Positions 11,116-26,332 of a DNA stretch of 64,000 nucleotides are shown in pieces; position 1 is the stretch's first letter, and each line of letters starts with the position of its first letter. Source of the DNA: Eledone cirrhosa (Eukaryota); NCBI GenBank assembly GCA_964016885.1, contig OZ024742.1:66960001-67024000 (forward strand), written 5' to 3'. A program made the position numbers and the translations under genes. The notes below the pieces were generated by a model. It ran no database searches and was not told the origin of the DNA. It saw only the letters and a list, made by a program, of their open reading frames with translations.

Positions 11116-12711
11116 CAACAGCAAGCCTGCAATCAATGCAGTCTATTAGGTTAGGCAACTTGTCGAAGTATCGAAGTAGCGAAGTTGTTACGAAATCGAA
11201 TAGCAGAAATGAGGAAAACCTGTCTATTTAAGATCTGTAGAAAGGAAAGAGCATCATAGTCTGAAAAGTAGCCAATGTGTGGTGTGAGTGCCGCAATATG
11301 CATAAAGTATCGGATTATTACAAAGCAAGAATTATGCTCGATTAAATTATATGAAAAAACAAAGTTATAGGCAGCGATAATAAAAGTAATATTAAAATGA
11401 GTAATTGGTTTGATATGATTGGTACATGTGTGGAAAGAATCTGAGTTGTTCTGAAATTCCCTATGGTAGTTGTCAATAAAACCAGAAATATGTAGGTTGT
11501 TTATGAATGTATCAGAGCTAAAAATGTTGAATTCATTTCTGAGAGAGAAATTGCTGTTATAATATGTAAGTGTATGTTACTCATTGGTACATGAAGACGC
11601 GGCGGTTTAGTACGTTCTTTATTGATTATATAAATCCGGTTAAATGAAGTAAATTTGGCTAAATCTTAGTCCTCTAGAAGTTTAGTGAAAAGCTGGCATA
11701 ATTTATTCACTTCTTGATTTTAAAGCCTCAAATTACAGGTCACACAAATCCTCGGATATACAGAGGCGAACGCACATCCTCCACAAAGAAACTGCCTTTA
11801 AATTCTGCCTCTCATCAGCATATCGAGAATTTTCCTTCTGCCCTGATAACAATTAATCTGCTACACATCTCAGGTAAAACCCCCAATGTAAATTTGCTCC
11901 ACGCCCGGGTAGGTGCTGAAACTACCAGAGCAGCAACTTTGATTGACTCCTAAGAAATCTATTTCAACACACCATAATTTACTTTATTTCTAATACACTC
12001 TAACAACTGGTGCACTAAAATGCTATATTTCTGCTGTGTCTTTACTAACGCTACTGAAGTTATATCTGATCCTTAGAGATGGTTGGTTTTGTTTAACATC
12101 TAAACTATCATTTCTGAAACACTCATCTCTCTTACTGTCATCATTCACAGCTCAGGGCACAAACAACTCAAATGTAAAATTAACAGCATCAACAACGTGT
12201 ATAACAGAGAGGGTATACAGGCCGTTTGGACGCCCCCCATCCTTTATACTAAATTAATCTAAAACATCACAATTACGTACGGTGTCTATCTGTACAGCGA
12301 AGCTAAATATATACTTAATTTAGGCAATCGAAATTATTTGCAACTTATGAGGATATATAGAGTGAAATACAATCATCAACATATAACGGTCATATCCGTC
12401 AGACTGACATATACAGACAAAGAGAGAGGTTTCAGACAGACATATGATAGAGATTTCGATACTAGAGTGTTAAAATAATTGATTGATTGAGTGTTAAAAA
12501 TCTAACTGGAAATGTATATGAGCAGCAAATAAACGATTTTACTCAAAAATTCATATACATTTATTAGGTGTATAGCATTGCTGAATTATTTAATACAGCT
12601 TTAGTTAGATGAGTGTATAAATTGATAGTGACATATCGAAATATAGACAGATAATGAGGTAGTTAGCTTGATACATACACTTAAATTTACACACACGCGC
12701 GCGCGCATAGG

Positions 12712-12775
<64 letters not shown>

Positions 12776-12989
12776 CACACACAGATACGCATACACACAC
12801 ACACGTATATATTTAAATACATATTTATACACACAAGCCTATGTACACACGAATGCATACATTCTATAGTTCTTTAGTTTCCTCTAGTAGGAATGAAGTT
12901 TGTGAAGTTTGTAGATGTGAATGCATTGGTGTCGTCTTTACTTATATCAATGTCCAATATAATACATGTATTATTCAGCTGGCGTGCTA

Positions 12990-13330
12990 TCTCTACATTA
13001 TCTCCCAAATAATGGTGAAAGCTGTTCTGCTTTATTTGAAATATGTTGTATATGACTGGTCTTCTATGATACAGAGAATTACATCTAGGTACCTTTTAAA
13101 TGTTGCAGTACAAGCTTTGGGCAGGTTTTGTAATCGTTTTGGGATACAAATGTATCACTGTACAATCAACTGCTAAATTGACATTAATGTGTCCCTATAT
13201 GAGAGTTTGATTATTGTGATGCGAAAGATGACACCATTCTTCTTGTACGTTCTCTCGTATATATCAAAGAAAAAGAAAAACGGAAATCGAGGATGCCTCC
13301 TCAGCAATTAATTACAGAATTCTTTATATT
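12990..13330 (-). pseudogene. Old CR1-type LINE 3' fragment
   Basis: PKRLQNLPKACTATFKRYLDVILCIIEDQ resembles the C-terminus of the CR1 at 58510 (FKKCLDKFLQEIPDKP). Confidence 0.45.
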
Positions 13331-13608
13331 TATTTTGGTTTCTTTTTCAATCTCGCTAGATGGTAGTTGAAACCTGTGCCTTTAGTCAAAAATGTCTGTG
13401 AACAATTAAATACCATACTCAAAAGTAGGTAAATATATATCAATAACATATATGTTGGTGTAGCTAATTCCGTATAAAACAGACCAATTCGAAATAACTT
13501 TATTATATTCTCTTGTGTCCTCACGAAGCATTGAGATCTTTATATGAGTGGGACTGCTTTCTGTCCAAGTATCATATTCTTATATAGATATATATAGATG
13601 CGCACACT

Positions 13609-13648
<40 letters not shown>

Positions 13649-14814
13649 TTCACGCACAGACAAAGACAGACTCACTCACAACAAACACATACACACACAC
13701 ACACAGGCACACACACACAACAAACACATACACAAACACACACACTCTCACACACACATACACACACTCACACACACATATATATATTTAATATATAAAC
13801 TCATGAAATATATATCATATAAATTGTAGAATACTATGATGGTGATGATTATTATTATGATGAATACGTTTCCATTGAAAGAATTATTTATTCTCTCCTG
13901 GAATTATTTTGCCTGTAAACTTCCGCAATCATAACACCGCTACAAATCTATATGGCTGCTGGAGATACATTGAAAGACATCTGAAATTTCATCTTTTATT
14001 TTGTTTTCTTATGTCTTTCTATCGGCAGTAGTAATACATCATCACACACTCCCATAAATCAGCAAGTTATGAAGTGAATTTTTATACAAGACATCACTCA
14101 TTCTGAAGTAACAATCTTGATAGTGTGATTATTGATGCAAATTTCTATAATTTATCACCCATTACGATGATGTGGATAGCGATGATGATGATCGGAATGA
14201 TCGGAATGATGATGACGACGATGACGATGATGATGATGATGAGCAGGAGGAGGAAGCGGATGAGATGTTGATAATGACAAGGGTAATATGTTGATGTCGA
14301 ATTTGATAAAGGAAATGAGCTTCTAGTCACATAGTGACCAGTTCACACCCTGTTAACACCTTTATGATATTCCTCTGTAACTTTTTATATTCCCCAGAAT
14401 TCTACTATAGGGACGACTATAAACAAACACGTGCGGGGTTGTTGCGGAGGCTCTTAAACAGGAGCAAAATGTGTTGAACTAATTCAACTTATTTTTCTAT
14501 TCACCATATCATACATATTTGTGTTTAAATTTACTATTTAGATCCAATTACATAAAATAGTGTCTACTAAAAATTATACAACTAAATTAGATTTGCATAA
14601 TAGTACAATTTCAATAAAAGAAATTGCACCTAGATCAGTGATAGTTATGCCAATTTTGTTTTATTATAATTATTTTTTTTAAATTTAGTGAAGTTCCTAA
14701 CAATAGTGCCTATACTGTATACACAAATGCTTTTGTCCCTGGCATATTTTCCTTTACAGACGATCTCGAATTTTGTGGTGTAAGATGCCATTATAATTAG
14801 TTCGTCTAAGCGCA

Positions 14815-15004
14815 GTGGATTGGCAGTATCGGTGGAGGGTCGCACTCTATGCTTTGCCGCATAGAGTTACGGTCCTTTACGATCTGAGGTTCAAAACCTG
14901 CCGATGTTAACTTTGCCTTTCATCCTTACAGGGCCGACAAAATAAAGTACCAGTAATGCGCTGGTATAATTGCTGGCCTTTTGCCAAACATTAGAAATAA
15001 TTAT
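14815..15004 (+). mobile_element. tRNA-derived SINE (family 1)
   Basis: gtggattggcagtatcggt head, central domain and tail. Confidence 0.9.
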
Positions 15005-15059
15005 ATTTAGTTCGTCTGCATATGTTGACAGGGTATTCACATATGCCATTTCGAACAGG

Positions 15060-16440
15060 TTGCATCTTATCTCCTTTAATCTAGTTTCAGTTATTGCTAT
15101 TCTATTTCTATAATCTTCCGATTCAACACTAATCGGCCTTTTCAGCGAGAACAACCATTTATAGTTGACAGTTTTCTGCTTCAACGCCCGCTTAACTAAT
15201 TCAGTTAGCTTGTCCTGTATATTTAACCTAAATCGACTGTATAGATCACAAATGTTTGGTCTATATAATCGACTACTTTGGATTGTGGACAGGCTATTTC
15301 TAGCATTTTCTACATCTCTACAGAATACCCTATTTCGATACGAAGTGGATTGGGACATTCGCGAAATCCATTCGGTACCTGACAGACAGTTGGAAATGTT
15401 TGAACGTGTTTGCAAGCATATTACACTCTACTCCCATACCGGATAGCCCCACACAGTCACACTGTGCGTCTAACATATCGTTCCAGTCACCGACTAACAC
15501 AGACACTAGACTGAAATCATACCCTTTGATGCTGGTCAAGGACAGCACCTCGAAATTACCTTCCATGTCCAGGAAGACGGTCCGTTTCCGGACCCGTTTT
15601 CTACGTCACAAGTTTAATTGTGCTTAATCGGCGACAGTCTTGACCTCCTCACGTGTTGTTGCTGCTGTGTTGTTGACCCTGATGTCGCTGTTCCTATTAT
15701 TTTTGCTTTTCTTTACGCTGTCGCTTTTGACGTTATTGTTTGTTGTGTTCACCGTAGGGGGATATGGTTTTGGAAGGGAGAGGCCCTTCACTTCCTCGTC
15801 GGACTTTGAGGTAGTCTTTCGCCCAACAAATATATGATTTTAGCTTCCTACCATCAACGGTTATGGGAAGTTGAGTGTTTTCTGCGAGATCTAATATGTC
15901 ATTGATGGACTCGATGAATATTTTTCCATTTGGCTAAATATTTTCAACTCCTCTTCGAACTAGATTTATCTTTTGATTTTTACACTTCCCAAATGGTCGT
16001 GTTGTCCTCAATGTCAGCGATGACAATTGGGACTAACCAACGAATGGCTATTAGTGTCGGCTGGTTCTCCATCCCAGTGGATGGGGGTTTGGAGCTCCCC
16101 CTCTGACACCTCTTTTCCAACATCCTCCTTGCCTATATTAATTCCTCCGTTTTGATGATTCTTTTTTCAACATGTTTGGCCGCCGTTGTTCCTAACAACA
16201 GGTTCCATTATCTTTGAATTCATGCCGTTGCTTATTTGACTAGCCCACTGGCTATTCCCCACACTGCTTAACATGATTACTGGTTGGCTAGTTCCTTAAG
16301 CAGTTTTTTACTTTCGCATTCATTCTTGCTGTTGTTGTAACTGTTGTTGTTGGAGGCATTGTTACTTGTTTCTGTACTGTTGGTGGTGACAGTGGTGCGT
16401 CATGGTGAAATTCGTAGTCATGATCTGCATATGTGAAATA
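15060..16440 (-). pseudogene. L1/Tx1-type LINE fragment (ORF1 remnant plus APE endonuclease region)
   Basis: VLVGDWNDMLD..FQLSVRYRMD..VP (APE); LPITVDGRK..YIC (degenerate ORF1 knuckle); many stops. Confidence 0.65.
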
Positions 16441-17299
16441 GTTTACGATCTTTCGCGTTTGTTTTTAATAATTTTGGGGCATAATATTAACATCATTAAT
16501 TTTTATCGTAGTCAGGCCTTCGGAACAAATATGATGTGGTCGGTTTTCTGAGGACCATGACGGACTCACTATTTACAGCTTATAACACAAAATTTAATAA
16601 GGAAGGTTATGTAAACAAGTATAAAAGCTACAAAAACTTACAAAGGAAATATATGTGTAACGACTACATGAGAAACCAATGATAACATTAATAATAAAAT
16701 ATAACACCAATAAGAAACTTTCTTTTTATATACTTAAAATGCATTAGCATTTAAAAAGTATCTAAAAACACAATTTATTTTATGTTAGCACTATAGTAAA
16801 AAAAATAAAATATATACAATGCAATATTTAGAGCGATAATCGCGCCAATATTAAGTGCGTGGAGGTAGTGCGTCATGGAGTACAGAAGTTTAGTGAAGAA
16901 TTCAGAATTGAGAGGAAATTATATTATGTTTTTTCATAAATTCAATCGAGAAAAATGAATTGTCTTTTATGTTCCTAAAACAATGTCAGCTTCTAAGGTT
17001 TCGATACATTTGTATTGTGCTGTATAACTTCCGTTATTGAACCTTTCAGCATTTCAGCAAGTACAATCGGTTCCTTTCATCTAACTCTTCTTTCATCCGG
17101 TTATATATCGGTGGTGGGAGCGAGAGAGATATAACAATATACACATACAGCCACATATATACACATATATATCGACACAAACACACATGCCCCCGGCCCA
17201 CGCGCAAACACACGCACACAAATGCGTACGTGGTTATATTGAGATATATAGACAGTTAGTTGATAAGATAAAGAGAATATATATATATATATATATATA

Positions 17300-17600
17300 T
17301 TAAAAAAAGGAAAAAAATGATTTCACTTGTAGTTCTACATAATTTAATTTAATTCTATAAATAGATTTTACAATTTGGTTTTGTAGATCTAGTAAATAAT
17401 TTGTTAACTTCGGTGGAGAGGTTTTTAAAGATTCCTGGTAAACTTTCCTGGAGAGCTTTCACGCATTCGTCGGTGGCGATTGTCAAACTGATCTCAGGTT
17501 GTGTTGTGATGTGTGACTCTATATATAAGAGATTTGGGCGCCAGGGGTGGGGGTTGTTTATGAGTGTGGCAGTGAAGGAGAGAAGTGTTGATATAAATGT
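17300..17600 (-). repeat. Family G interspersed repeat in TA tracts
   Basis: Homologous to 53245-53393 (ttcacttgtagttcta...tttttaaagattcctgg). Confidence 0.7.
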
Positions 17601-17618
17601 AAAGGAATATATATATAT

Positions 17619-18112
17619 ACTAGACCTGAAAAATGCGGAAGCTCAAATGAGCCACAGAATGTTATAATAAACCTTCAAAAGTGTGGGACTAGAGTTGTTG
17701 CTCAAAAATATTGTAATCATTATCCATCGTACAATCTGTGGCATCCTTTTATAAAAAAGAAACTCATAACAAACTCAAGACGACACGATAATTATTTAAG
17801 CTAATGTTCAATATCTCATATTAGATGTTTAGTAATGATTAATATGAAATGCACTTAAACCGAATTCTTTATTGTAAATTCACTTAAATAATTATCGTTT
17901 CGTCTTGAGTTCGTTATGAGTCTCTTTTATATAAAAGGATGCCACAGATTGTACGATAGATACTGATTACAATATTTTTGAGTAACAACTCTAATCCCAC
18001 ACTTTTGAATGTTTATTATAACATTCTGTGGCTCTTTTGAGCTTGCGCATTTTTCAGGTCTAGTTTAATATTTTTTTAAGGCAACGCTTGTAATAACTCT
18101 AGTTAAACATGA
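17619..18112. repeat. Asymmetric inverted repeat (about 180 bp arms, 82 bp spacer)
   Basis: 17619-17800 versus 17883-18064; TA on the left, about 50 nt extension then TA on the right. Confidence 0.88.
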
Positions 18113-18618
18113 TATATATTAATAATAAATTATCGTTGTAATGTAATTAGATTATATAATTGTTATTTTATAAATGATCTTATAAATATTATTGTAAGAT
18201 GTATAAAAATAGTTTCAGACTTTTAATAGTTAATATAAATTTAAAAAATCATATATAAATTAACAATATAACTTACCAAAACGAGAAAAAAAATGTTGAT
18301 GATAAACGACGAAATCCTGGAGGAAGATTCGAAAACGAAACGATAAATAAGCGTGCAAACAAAGTGGCGGATGCTTCTGAGCAACAATTACTCTTGCTGG
18401 TTGATTAGCCAATAAGACGATGAAATTAGCCAATAAGACGATACATTACCAAAGATGTTTGGGAGGGATCACCACGGACAGCGATAACCCTTTAATGTTT
18501 TTATTTTTTATTCACAAGCTACGATGTATGTCAGACACGCAGACTTAAAGCATTCTGTTTTTAGCCACTGCGTGTCTAACAGATATGTATATATATTTTT
18601 TTCTGTATATATGTATAT

Positions 18619-18703
<85 letters not shown>

Positions 18704-20641
18704 GAAAATAGTGAATGGTAACAGCGTATTCAGTGCTAGAGTTGGTGAGAGAGATAAACAGTGCGTATGTAAAATAGAGAGAGAAGGGGACGACAGCAAG
18801 AGACACACATATATACACATTGTGAATAACACAGCTGTTTGCTATAATTCCATGTTCCAACGGTAATATATCATGAGATAAGCATATCCTGTAATGCAAT
18901 ATAATGTTATTAAATTGCACATGCATTTTCAGTTGACGGACAGTGCTGAGTGGTGGGTGAAATAAAAATGTGTCATCGGAATATGTTTTGAGCTCAACAG
19001 ATTGTTAGTGAACCCATATAATCCACACACCCACAACTATATCATTATCAGCGTTGATGGTGTTGGAGTATCTTGCCGATCCTTCTAAACATACACTTGC
19101 TAATAAAGGTGTCCTCTCATTTCTATTGTTTCCCGCATGGGATATCCAATATAAGTATAGATTTCTGATTACGGATACGCGAATCAAACGTTGCCTGTTG
19201 TATAAGTTTTTTATAATATGAATTGGTCCAGACAGATTTGTTCTATTTCGCAGTCTACTTGTTTTGAGAATTGAGTGGGTTTTGACTAACACTTAATCTA
19301 GTACTCCGGAGATATCTAGAGACGTTATTGATTACATGCAGGAGCTTGGTACATATTTTACATTGTGCTGCTATTGATGGTGATTATGCCATGTTGTACC
19401 ATAATGGGGCTCTAATATATTTGTGGTGTCAATAATACCAAATCTAGAGGTATTATATATTTGTTTGCAGCTGATATGTTAAAAAATATTATCAATTCTA
19501 GAGACAATCTACCTAGTTTTATTTTATCAACAGTATAGCACATTAAGAGACTCAAGGTCAGTTAAATCTTCACTTCAATCAATATTACTACAGCTTGCAC
19601 CTCATTTCATATCTCCATTACAATCAATATCACCACAACGGCCACCAAGATTACCATAAACATATACACTTAATTCCATTCCAATAACACAAAAAAATAT
19701 TAGCATAATCACCACCACCACTACAACTTGAAACATGTGCCAAACACCTTAACGCAATAAATCATCAACATTGTCACCAGCACCACATCCTCCATCACTG
19801 TCACTATAAATATCCCCTTACCACATATTTCAATCTCGTATACAAGTAATAAAGAGCAGATGTTAAAACCATTAAATAAGGTTAGTACATGTCAGTGTCA
19901 ATATATTTAGACATTGATTGCAATAGGGCTTTTGAATAAATTTATCAACTTCTTACTATAATTCCAGAAATGTTAACGTTGTCAAAATATGAACTTGTTT
20001 GCGTTTTGCAATCCATACACGACAAATAATTATTTTCCGCTTGGATTCCCATATTTTCAAATTTCAAATGACACTCGTCTTTCATATATATGTATAGATA
20101 TATATTATGATTCTTACGGTCATGATCTCAAGAATATGTCAACCCATTGCAGAAAGTAGGCGATTCTTGTGTTTTCCTGCAGAGCTAGTGATGCGATATG
20201 TTGGGTTGTGTCATGATTGTTAGGGTGTATGTGCGCTATTGTTTGTAAGTCGGACCAATTGTTAGTTTAGCGTAAAATTTAGAAGAAAGAGAACAGAAAG
20301 GTGTCTTGCTTTGTATAGTGTTAGATATGAGTAAATTGTGGTGAATGTGACACTTCTGTGTATTAGGAATCTCACGCAACATAATCCCATATCACGCGCC
20401 AACACACCTATCCATATTATGTATAATTAACTAATATCCATATCTGTGTTATTGGAGACACATACTTATTCAACCTTCTACGTATTTGTTAGTATATAGA
20501 ACAATCATATATTGCAATATTTCGATGTGACATTTTAAAATTTGTATATTCGGTAGTAGAAAGGAAGATATAGCAACACATTTTCACCTCCACATCTCTC
20601 CATGATTGGAACATTAAGAAAACCATGTTATATAATATTAT

Positions 20642-20840
20642 CGGTGGATTGCCAGTATCAGTAAAAGGTCGGACGCCATCCTCTGCAGCAAAGAGTTATG
20701 GCCCTTTTATGATCTGAGTTCAAATCCAGTTGTTCAAATCCAGTTAAATTTGCCTTTCATCCTTACGGGGTCGATAAAATAAAGTACCAGTAATGTACTG
20801 GTTAATTGCTGGCCTTGTGCCAAAAGTAGAAACAATTATT
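20642..20840 (+). mobile_element. tRNA-derived SINE (family 1)
   Basis: Head, duplicated gttcaaatccagtt, central domain and tail. Confidence 0.9.
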
Positions 20841-21587
20841 GAAGAAACAGAACAGTGCGGCGTATAAACAACTAACTATATATGTGTGTGGAATTGTGGT
20901 TGTTGTGTATACTATTGTTGTTCTCGAATTCTTTATCACGAATAACTGAAATATATATATGACTCATCCATATATAATTTTCTTTATCATCCATGGGTTA
21001 TTATGTGGTATTTGGGAAACGGCGTTAAAGTTAAGCTATGTGGAAAAAAAATAATTTGGTTTTCCGTTTTAGTATCTTCGTGTGTATTCTTTACTGTTAC
21101 GTTTTAGGACCTGGGAAGCTACCAAATCTATCATCGTCTATAATCTGCAATCTCATCACCTTAAGGAACTGGTTGATCTCGTCATGTGTTGCTGTTATTA
21201 TATAGTAGGCAGTGGCGATGATTGGTAGTTTCATTGACATTACTACTAGAATATTTATTTTGAATTGCTTGTACTTTACTTCATAGCAACTTTGGAGCAA
21301 ATTTATCATGTATTATATTCGGGTGTGTTTTAGCATCGTTTATGCGGCCAATACATAGCTTGCTAATGTTTTCCCGTATAAGCTTGCATTCTGCGGCATG
21401 ACGTAGACGATAAAGATTTCTCTTTTATCTCATGGTGAAGTTTAGCGATAAAATGTCGATCTAGTGTAATTAATATAGTTGTCACTGATGAATCCCATCC
21501 GTCAATAGTAGCTTCCTGGGTGGCTTACATGAATTTTATATTATAATATATCTAATCAAAATTTACCACAGTTACAGCTGTATGCGT

Positions 21588-22085
21588 ATATGTTTGCAAA
21601 TTTTGTATATCTAAATATATACGGCATATTTATTAACTAAACATTTTCAAAGCAAAGCTCCTAATAGAAGGTTGACGCCCAGCTGATTCCACCAAAAGCA
21701 GCGGAGGATAATTGTTGATGCATCTAGAACTCTGGTTTTCATCTGGATAATGCTACCGCTTGCTTAGAGCTGGAATTGGAGACATGGGTGGGTTGATTAC
21801 CCTCATTTGCATACGAAGTTGTATAAATTGGCTCAACTAAAAATAGATTTAACATTTAGCTTCGTCATAGGTGTATACATATATGTATGTAAACTTCGTA
21901 TATCTAAACATGTAAGTATGTTTAATAAATAAATATTTTAAAAGCCCAGTTATAAACTATCCTCCACTGCTTCTGCTGGAACCCGCTAGACGGTGCTGGC
22001 CGTCAGCCTTCTATTCGCAGCTGAGATTTCAAAATGTTTATTTCTCAAACATACCAGATATACGAAATTCGCAATCCATATCATA
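21588..22085. repeat. Old diverged inverted repeat with internal direct repeat
   Basis: 21590-21713 is inverted relative to 21957-22082; 21880-21945 repeats 21585-21655. Confidence 0.6.
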
Positions 22086-22921
22086 TATATTTTATTGGTG
22101 AGGAGATTTGTAGTTTTAATAATTGCTGTAGTACATCAGTGTTAATTCATGTTTAGCTCCAATGTATTGTTCGGGCATGTGTGTATATGTGTATGTATGA
22201 GTATGTGAGTATGTGCATGCAGGTACGTCTGTGTTTATATTCGAAAGATATATGACTACATCTAATCGAACTGGGACCAATCATGTCCAATTTAATAACA
22301 ATAACCGGGAATGTATATCATGCATTTATGGGTTTACTGTCGATAAAAGTAATAGATGAAACCTGCAATAGTTTAATGAAGAAATTAATGGCAGTTTTGA
22401 AGGATGTTCCATGTGTTCACTTTATTCTTGGCTTCAATAGCGATATTATTATAAATCTACACCCGAATTCCTATTTAATAAAATCTTTGCTAATTTACAG
22501 GACAGCACCTCTCAATGGAACCACTACAACTAAGCATTTGGCATTATTTATGGTAGGAATAAACTTCATATAAAACTATCTACCTGTGGATAGGCTGATA
22601 AGTAAAGCAATGAGTAAAATGGAGAAAAGGACAAGATGGAAAGAGATTGATAATGTTTGAATGTAAAACTGAATGATCAGAAGTCGGAAAATATAACTGA
22701 TGTAAAGGGAGGTAATTTGAAACACGATACGGACGAAATGAGAATGAGACATTACATAGAAAATTAGAGAGAGGAGAAACGAAAGAGACAGAGCGAGTGA
22801 GAGAGAGAAGAAATAACAGAAAGAGGAACTCATGAATCCAGTTATGTAAAGAAAGAAAGAGAGAGATAGAGACTGAGAGAGAGAGATGAGAGAGAGATAG
22901 AGTGTGAGAGTGAGCGAGAGA

Positions 22922-22997
<76 letters not shown>

Positions 22998-23197
22998 GTT
23001 TTGGGGATTAAGCGGATTAAGAAACAACAATAAAGGAAGAGGGATTTAAGAGATGATGAAATTATGAGGGACAATTTATGATTGTAAGTTAAATGGTGTA
23101 GATTTATTCAACTAGATAACGCGACATGAATTTTCACAGTAATATTAAAACAGGTACCATAACTTCAATATTATGATTTCACTAGATAATTTCTTCT

Positions 23198-23610
23198 TCA
23201 TATACACACATATATATATAAACTTGTAGTTCCTGTCTGTTTTTTTGTCTGTCTATTTGTTTGTCCACGAACTCCTCCTATGGTTTTAGAGATAGAACAC
23301 CATAAATATATATATTCTGAAACTACATTGCCCAGGGTACTTGGATAAGTATATTTCATTTTAATCAAAGGATTCCCCGGGGGCACCAACCCCCGCTGAA
23401 AATTTGTTCCCATCGATTTATATGAAATTTAAACCATAGGTAAAGGACAAGATATGATGCCTATTCACAACATTTCAGCAAATTTCAATAATATTAAGAC
23501 ACCCTAATGGAGTTTTTCTCCATAAATTATATCACTGATTTAAAATCAATCATCATTTTCTTACAAAAAAGAATGTGTGAAACGCAGCAAGGCGCGGGTA
23601 ATTCGGTTAG
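23198..23610 (+). mobile_element. Small non-autonomous Helitron
   Basis: 5' TC..tatatatataaa..tgtctg repeats; 3' cgcagcaaggcgcgggtaattcggTTAG-T resembles hairpin plus CTAG. Confidence 0.7.
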
Positions 23611-23944
23611 TATAATATAAAAGAAAGATGTTTATTGGTTGGTTGAAACACGCGAAAACTACACACACACACACACAAATACTTACACACACCTCTAAAG
23701 AGAAAGAGACGCAGAGAGAGCGGCAGAAAGAGATAGATAGGCCGTTATACAGAGTGAGATGCAATTAATGTGTTAGATATTCAGAGAGAGAGGGGAGGCA
23801 TCCCACAAACGTATCATTTGAAGGCTTTAAAATATTGCGTTAGCTTTTATAAAGTATATACCTCAAGAAAATTATAAAAGTGCAATCAAGTATAAAATTG
23901 TTAAAAAGTGGATTAAAGAGATTTATTGATACTGTGGTACCAGA

Positions 23945-25006
23945 AAAGTTTCCTCACTTCCCAAACCCAAAAGAAGTCAATGACGTGGTCAGGGATATGG
24001 GTTTGACCAAGTCCAATGCAGAGCTATTCGTCTCCCGGATTAAGTAGTGGAACTTGGTCAAGAAGGATGTGCAAGTGACAAGTCAGAGAAGTCAACACGA
24101 AACTTTCTCAGGCTTTTACACTCTTAGGGATGGCCTCTGTTTCTGCCATGACGTGCCTGGACTGTTTGACGTTATTGGGGTGCCGTTTGTGCCCAAGAAG
24201 TGGCGGCTATTTATAGACAGCTCCACCACAAGTTTGAGGCTGTCCTCCTCCACAATGGAAACAAGTTCCCGACACCGCCCCTAGCTCATTTAGTCTGCCT
24301 GAGGGAAGATTACTACATTGTCAAAGTCCTCTTGGAAGCTCTGCAATACAACCAGTACAATTAGGAAATCATTGGAGACTTCAAGATGGTGGCTTCAAGG
24401 CAGTTGTTAAGGGCTTCCTGGGCAACTACAGAGCTGAAAACTACCAGCAACTGGTGCAGGATCTGATAAAGGCTTTTGGCGTCATGGGATGCAGGATGTC
24501 GCTTAAACTCCATATGTTGGACGCTCACCTAGAACAATTCAAGGACAATAAGGGCGCCTAATCAGAAGAACAAGGCGAACGATTCCACCAAGATGTGAAA
24601 GAGATAGATCGGGGGTACCAGGGCCACTACAATGAAAAAAATGATGGGGGAATATATCTGGGGGCTAGTGCGGGAATGCGACCTGGACTACAACCGAAAA
24701 TCCAGGAAATCCAGTCATTTCTGACGTGTATAAGTTGCTTTATAAGTGTTATTTGTTTTTACTTGTTTGCTTTTTATAAGCTTGTGTAATAAAATAAATA
24801 TATACTCTGTTGATTTAATTATATAAACTGATAAATTTAAAAAAAATGTGATTTTTCTTTAAAAATATGAACATTTCGAAATATCAAACTCCTGACCACA
24901 AACCCAAACTTCTGATTAAATTATAGTGTTTTTTCTATAATAATGGGATATAACTAACCAGTAAATGACACTTAGAACCGGGGAACAAAAAATATGTTAC
25001 ATGGTG
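23945..25006 (+). mobile_element. TcMar-m44/Sailor-like DNA transposon, 5'-truncated, transposase pseudogene
   Basis: NDVVRDMGLTKSNAEL, WRLFIDSS..LLHNGN, IIGDFKMV, MGCRMSLKLHMLDAHL, SEEQGERFHQD, with stops and frameshifts; candidate right end ggaacaaaaaatatgttacatggtg; family name from recall. Confidence 0.75.
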
Positions 25007-25771
25007 ATATGTATTCAATGGTGGGATTCGTTATTTTTTGTTGGGTATTTAATGGTGCTTATACATGATAAGATTATACGCACGAATGATACAGCGTATA
25101 TTTTAATTACGAGTGCAGATGTTTTTATTTGAAGAAACACCTTCCAATTTTACCTTACTGATTTCCACGTCCAATTTGAAGATCCAGTCACGCGGTTTTT
25201 TTAAAGAAAACGAATAATTCAGTGAATATTCGTATCACTGAAAAAAATGTTCAATAACATATATCTATCTTATATTTCCCTCATTTGAATATGCATTAAC
25301 ATGTGTTAGTCATGGTGTGTAAATTTACAAATATAATATAAATATTGTATGAAAACAGTGTTTCAGGGGATTTATATTTTAAAATATTGTGTGCCTGTAA
25401 CTTTCTTTGTGATTTTATGGATCATTGTGATTTTTGTAGCATTGTAAAATATTGAAACTATTGGAATATTATTAAATTATACTGCATAATAGATTTTTGG
25501 AAGTTTTATAAAATACATCTAGTCACGAAAACACAGAAACACACAACAAAACACACACGTACACACACACAAAATTAGACTTTTATACCCTCAACCATCA
25601 ATACGTTCACAAAGATAAACATGCATACCCGAACATTTATTATTTGCGTGTTTAAGTCTATTAATATTTTTTGTTCATAACTTGTATAATGTTATTTTCT
25701 TCTGTTTTAGTAAAAGTATTTTACAAAGGCACATACACACACACACACACACATACACGCCCACCCACACA

Positions 25772-25844
<73 letters not shown>

Positions 25845-26168
25845 GTATATATATATATATAAACGGAACATTCTTTGTAATCAAATATTTTATATGGATA
25901 ACACGTTTCTTCATTAAATGGTTAGTACAATTAATTTTATAATTTATTAATAGCTGTCATAATTACTGTTTTAATTACTGCTATAATTAAATCATCTCAG
26001 ATCGAGTGATATTAAACGGAAAAATATTCTTCAACAATTTTGATGTTGGAAATGCCAAGGGAAAATTAAATGAAGAACACATGATCAGAAACTATTAGTT
26101 AATGTGTATTATTCTATAGATCTGTCTAGCTATATCTACGTCTATCTTTCCCCATATTTCTCTCTCTC

Positions 26169-26320
<152 letters not shown>

Positions 26321-26332
26321 CATATATATATA

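Noticed and set aside
11700-12270. Possible gag/LTR remnant and a CTGATGA on the minus strand
   Set aside because: No diagnostic motif, no paired LTR, no GAAA-NUH partner
19005-21480. Faint PLE-like peptides on the minus strand (TYIG near 19150; ISKLCIGRIN and GSFPG near 21110-21380)
   Set aside because: Too degenerate to support without a profile search
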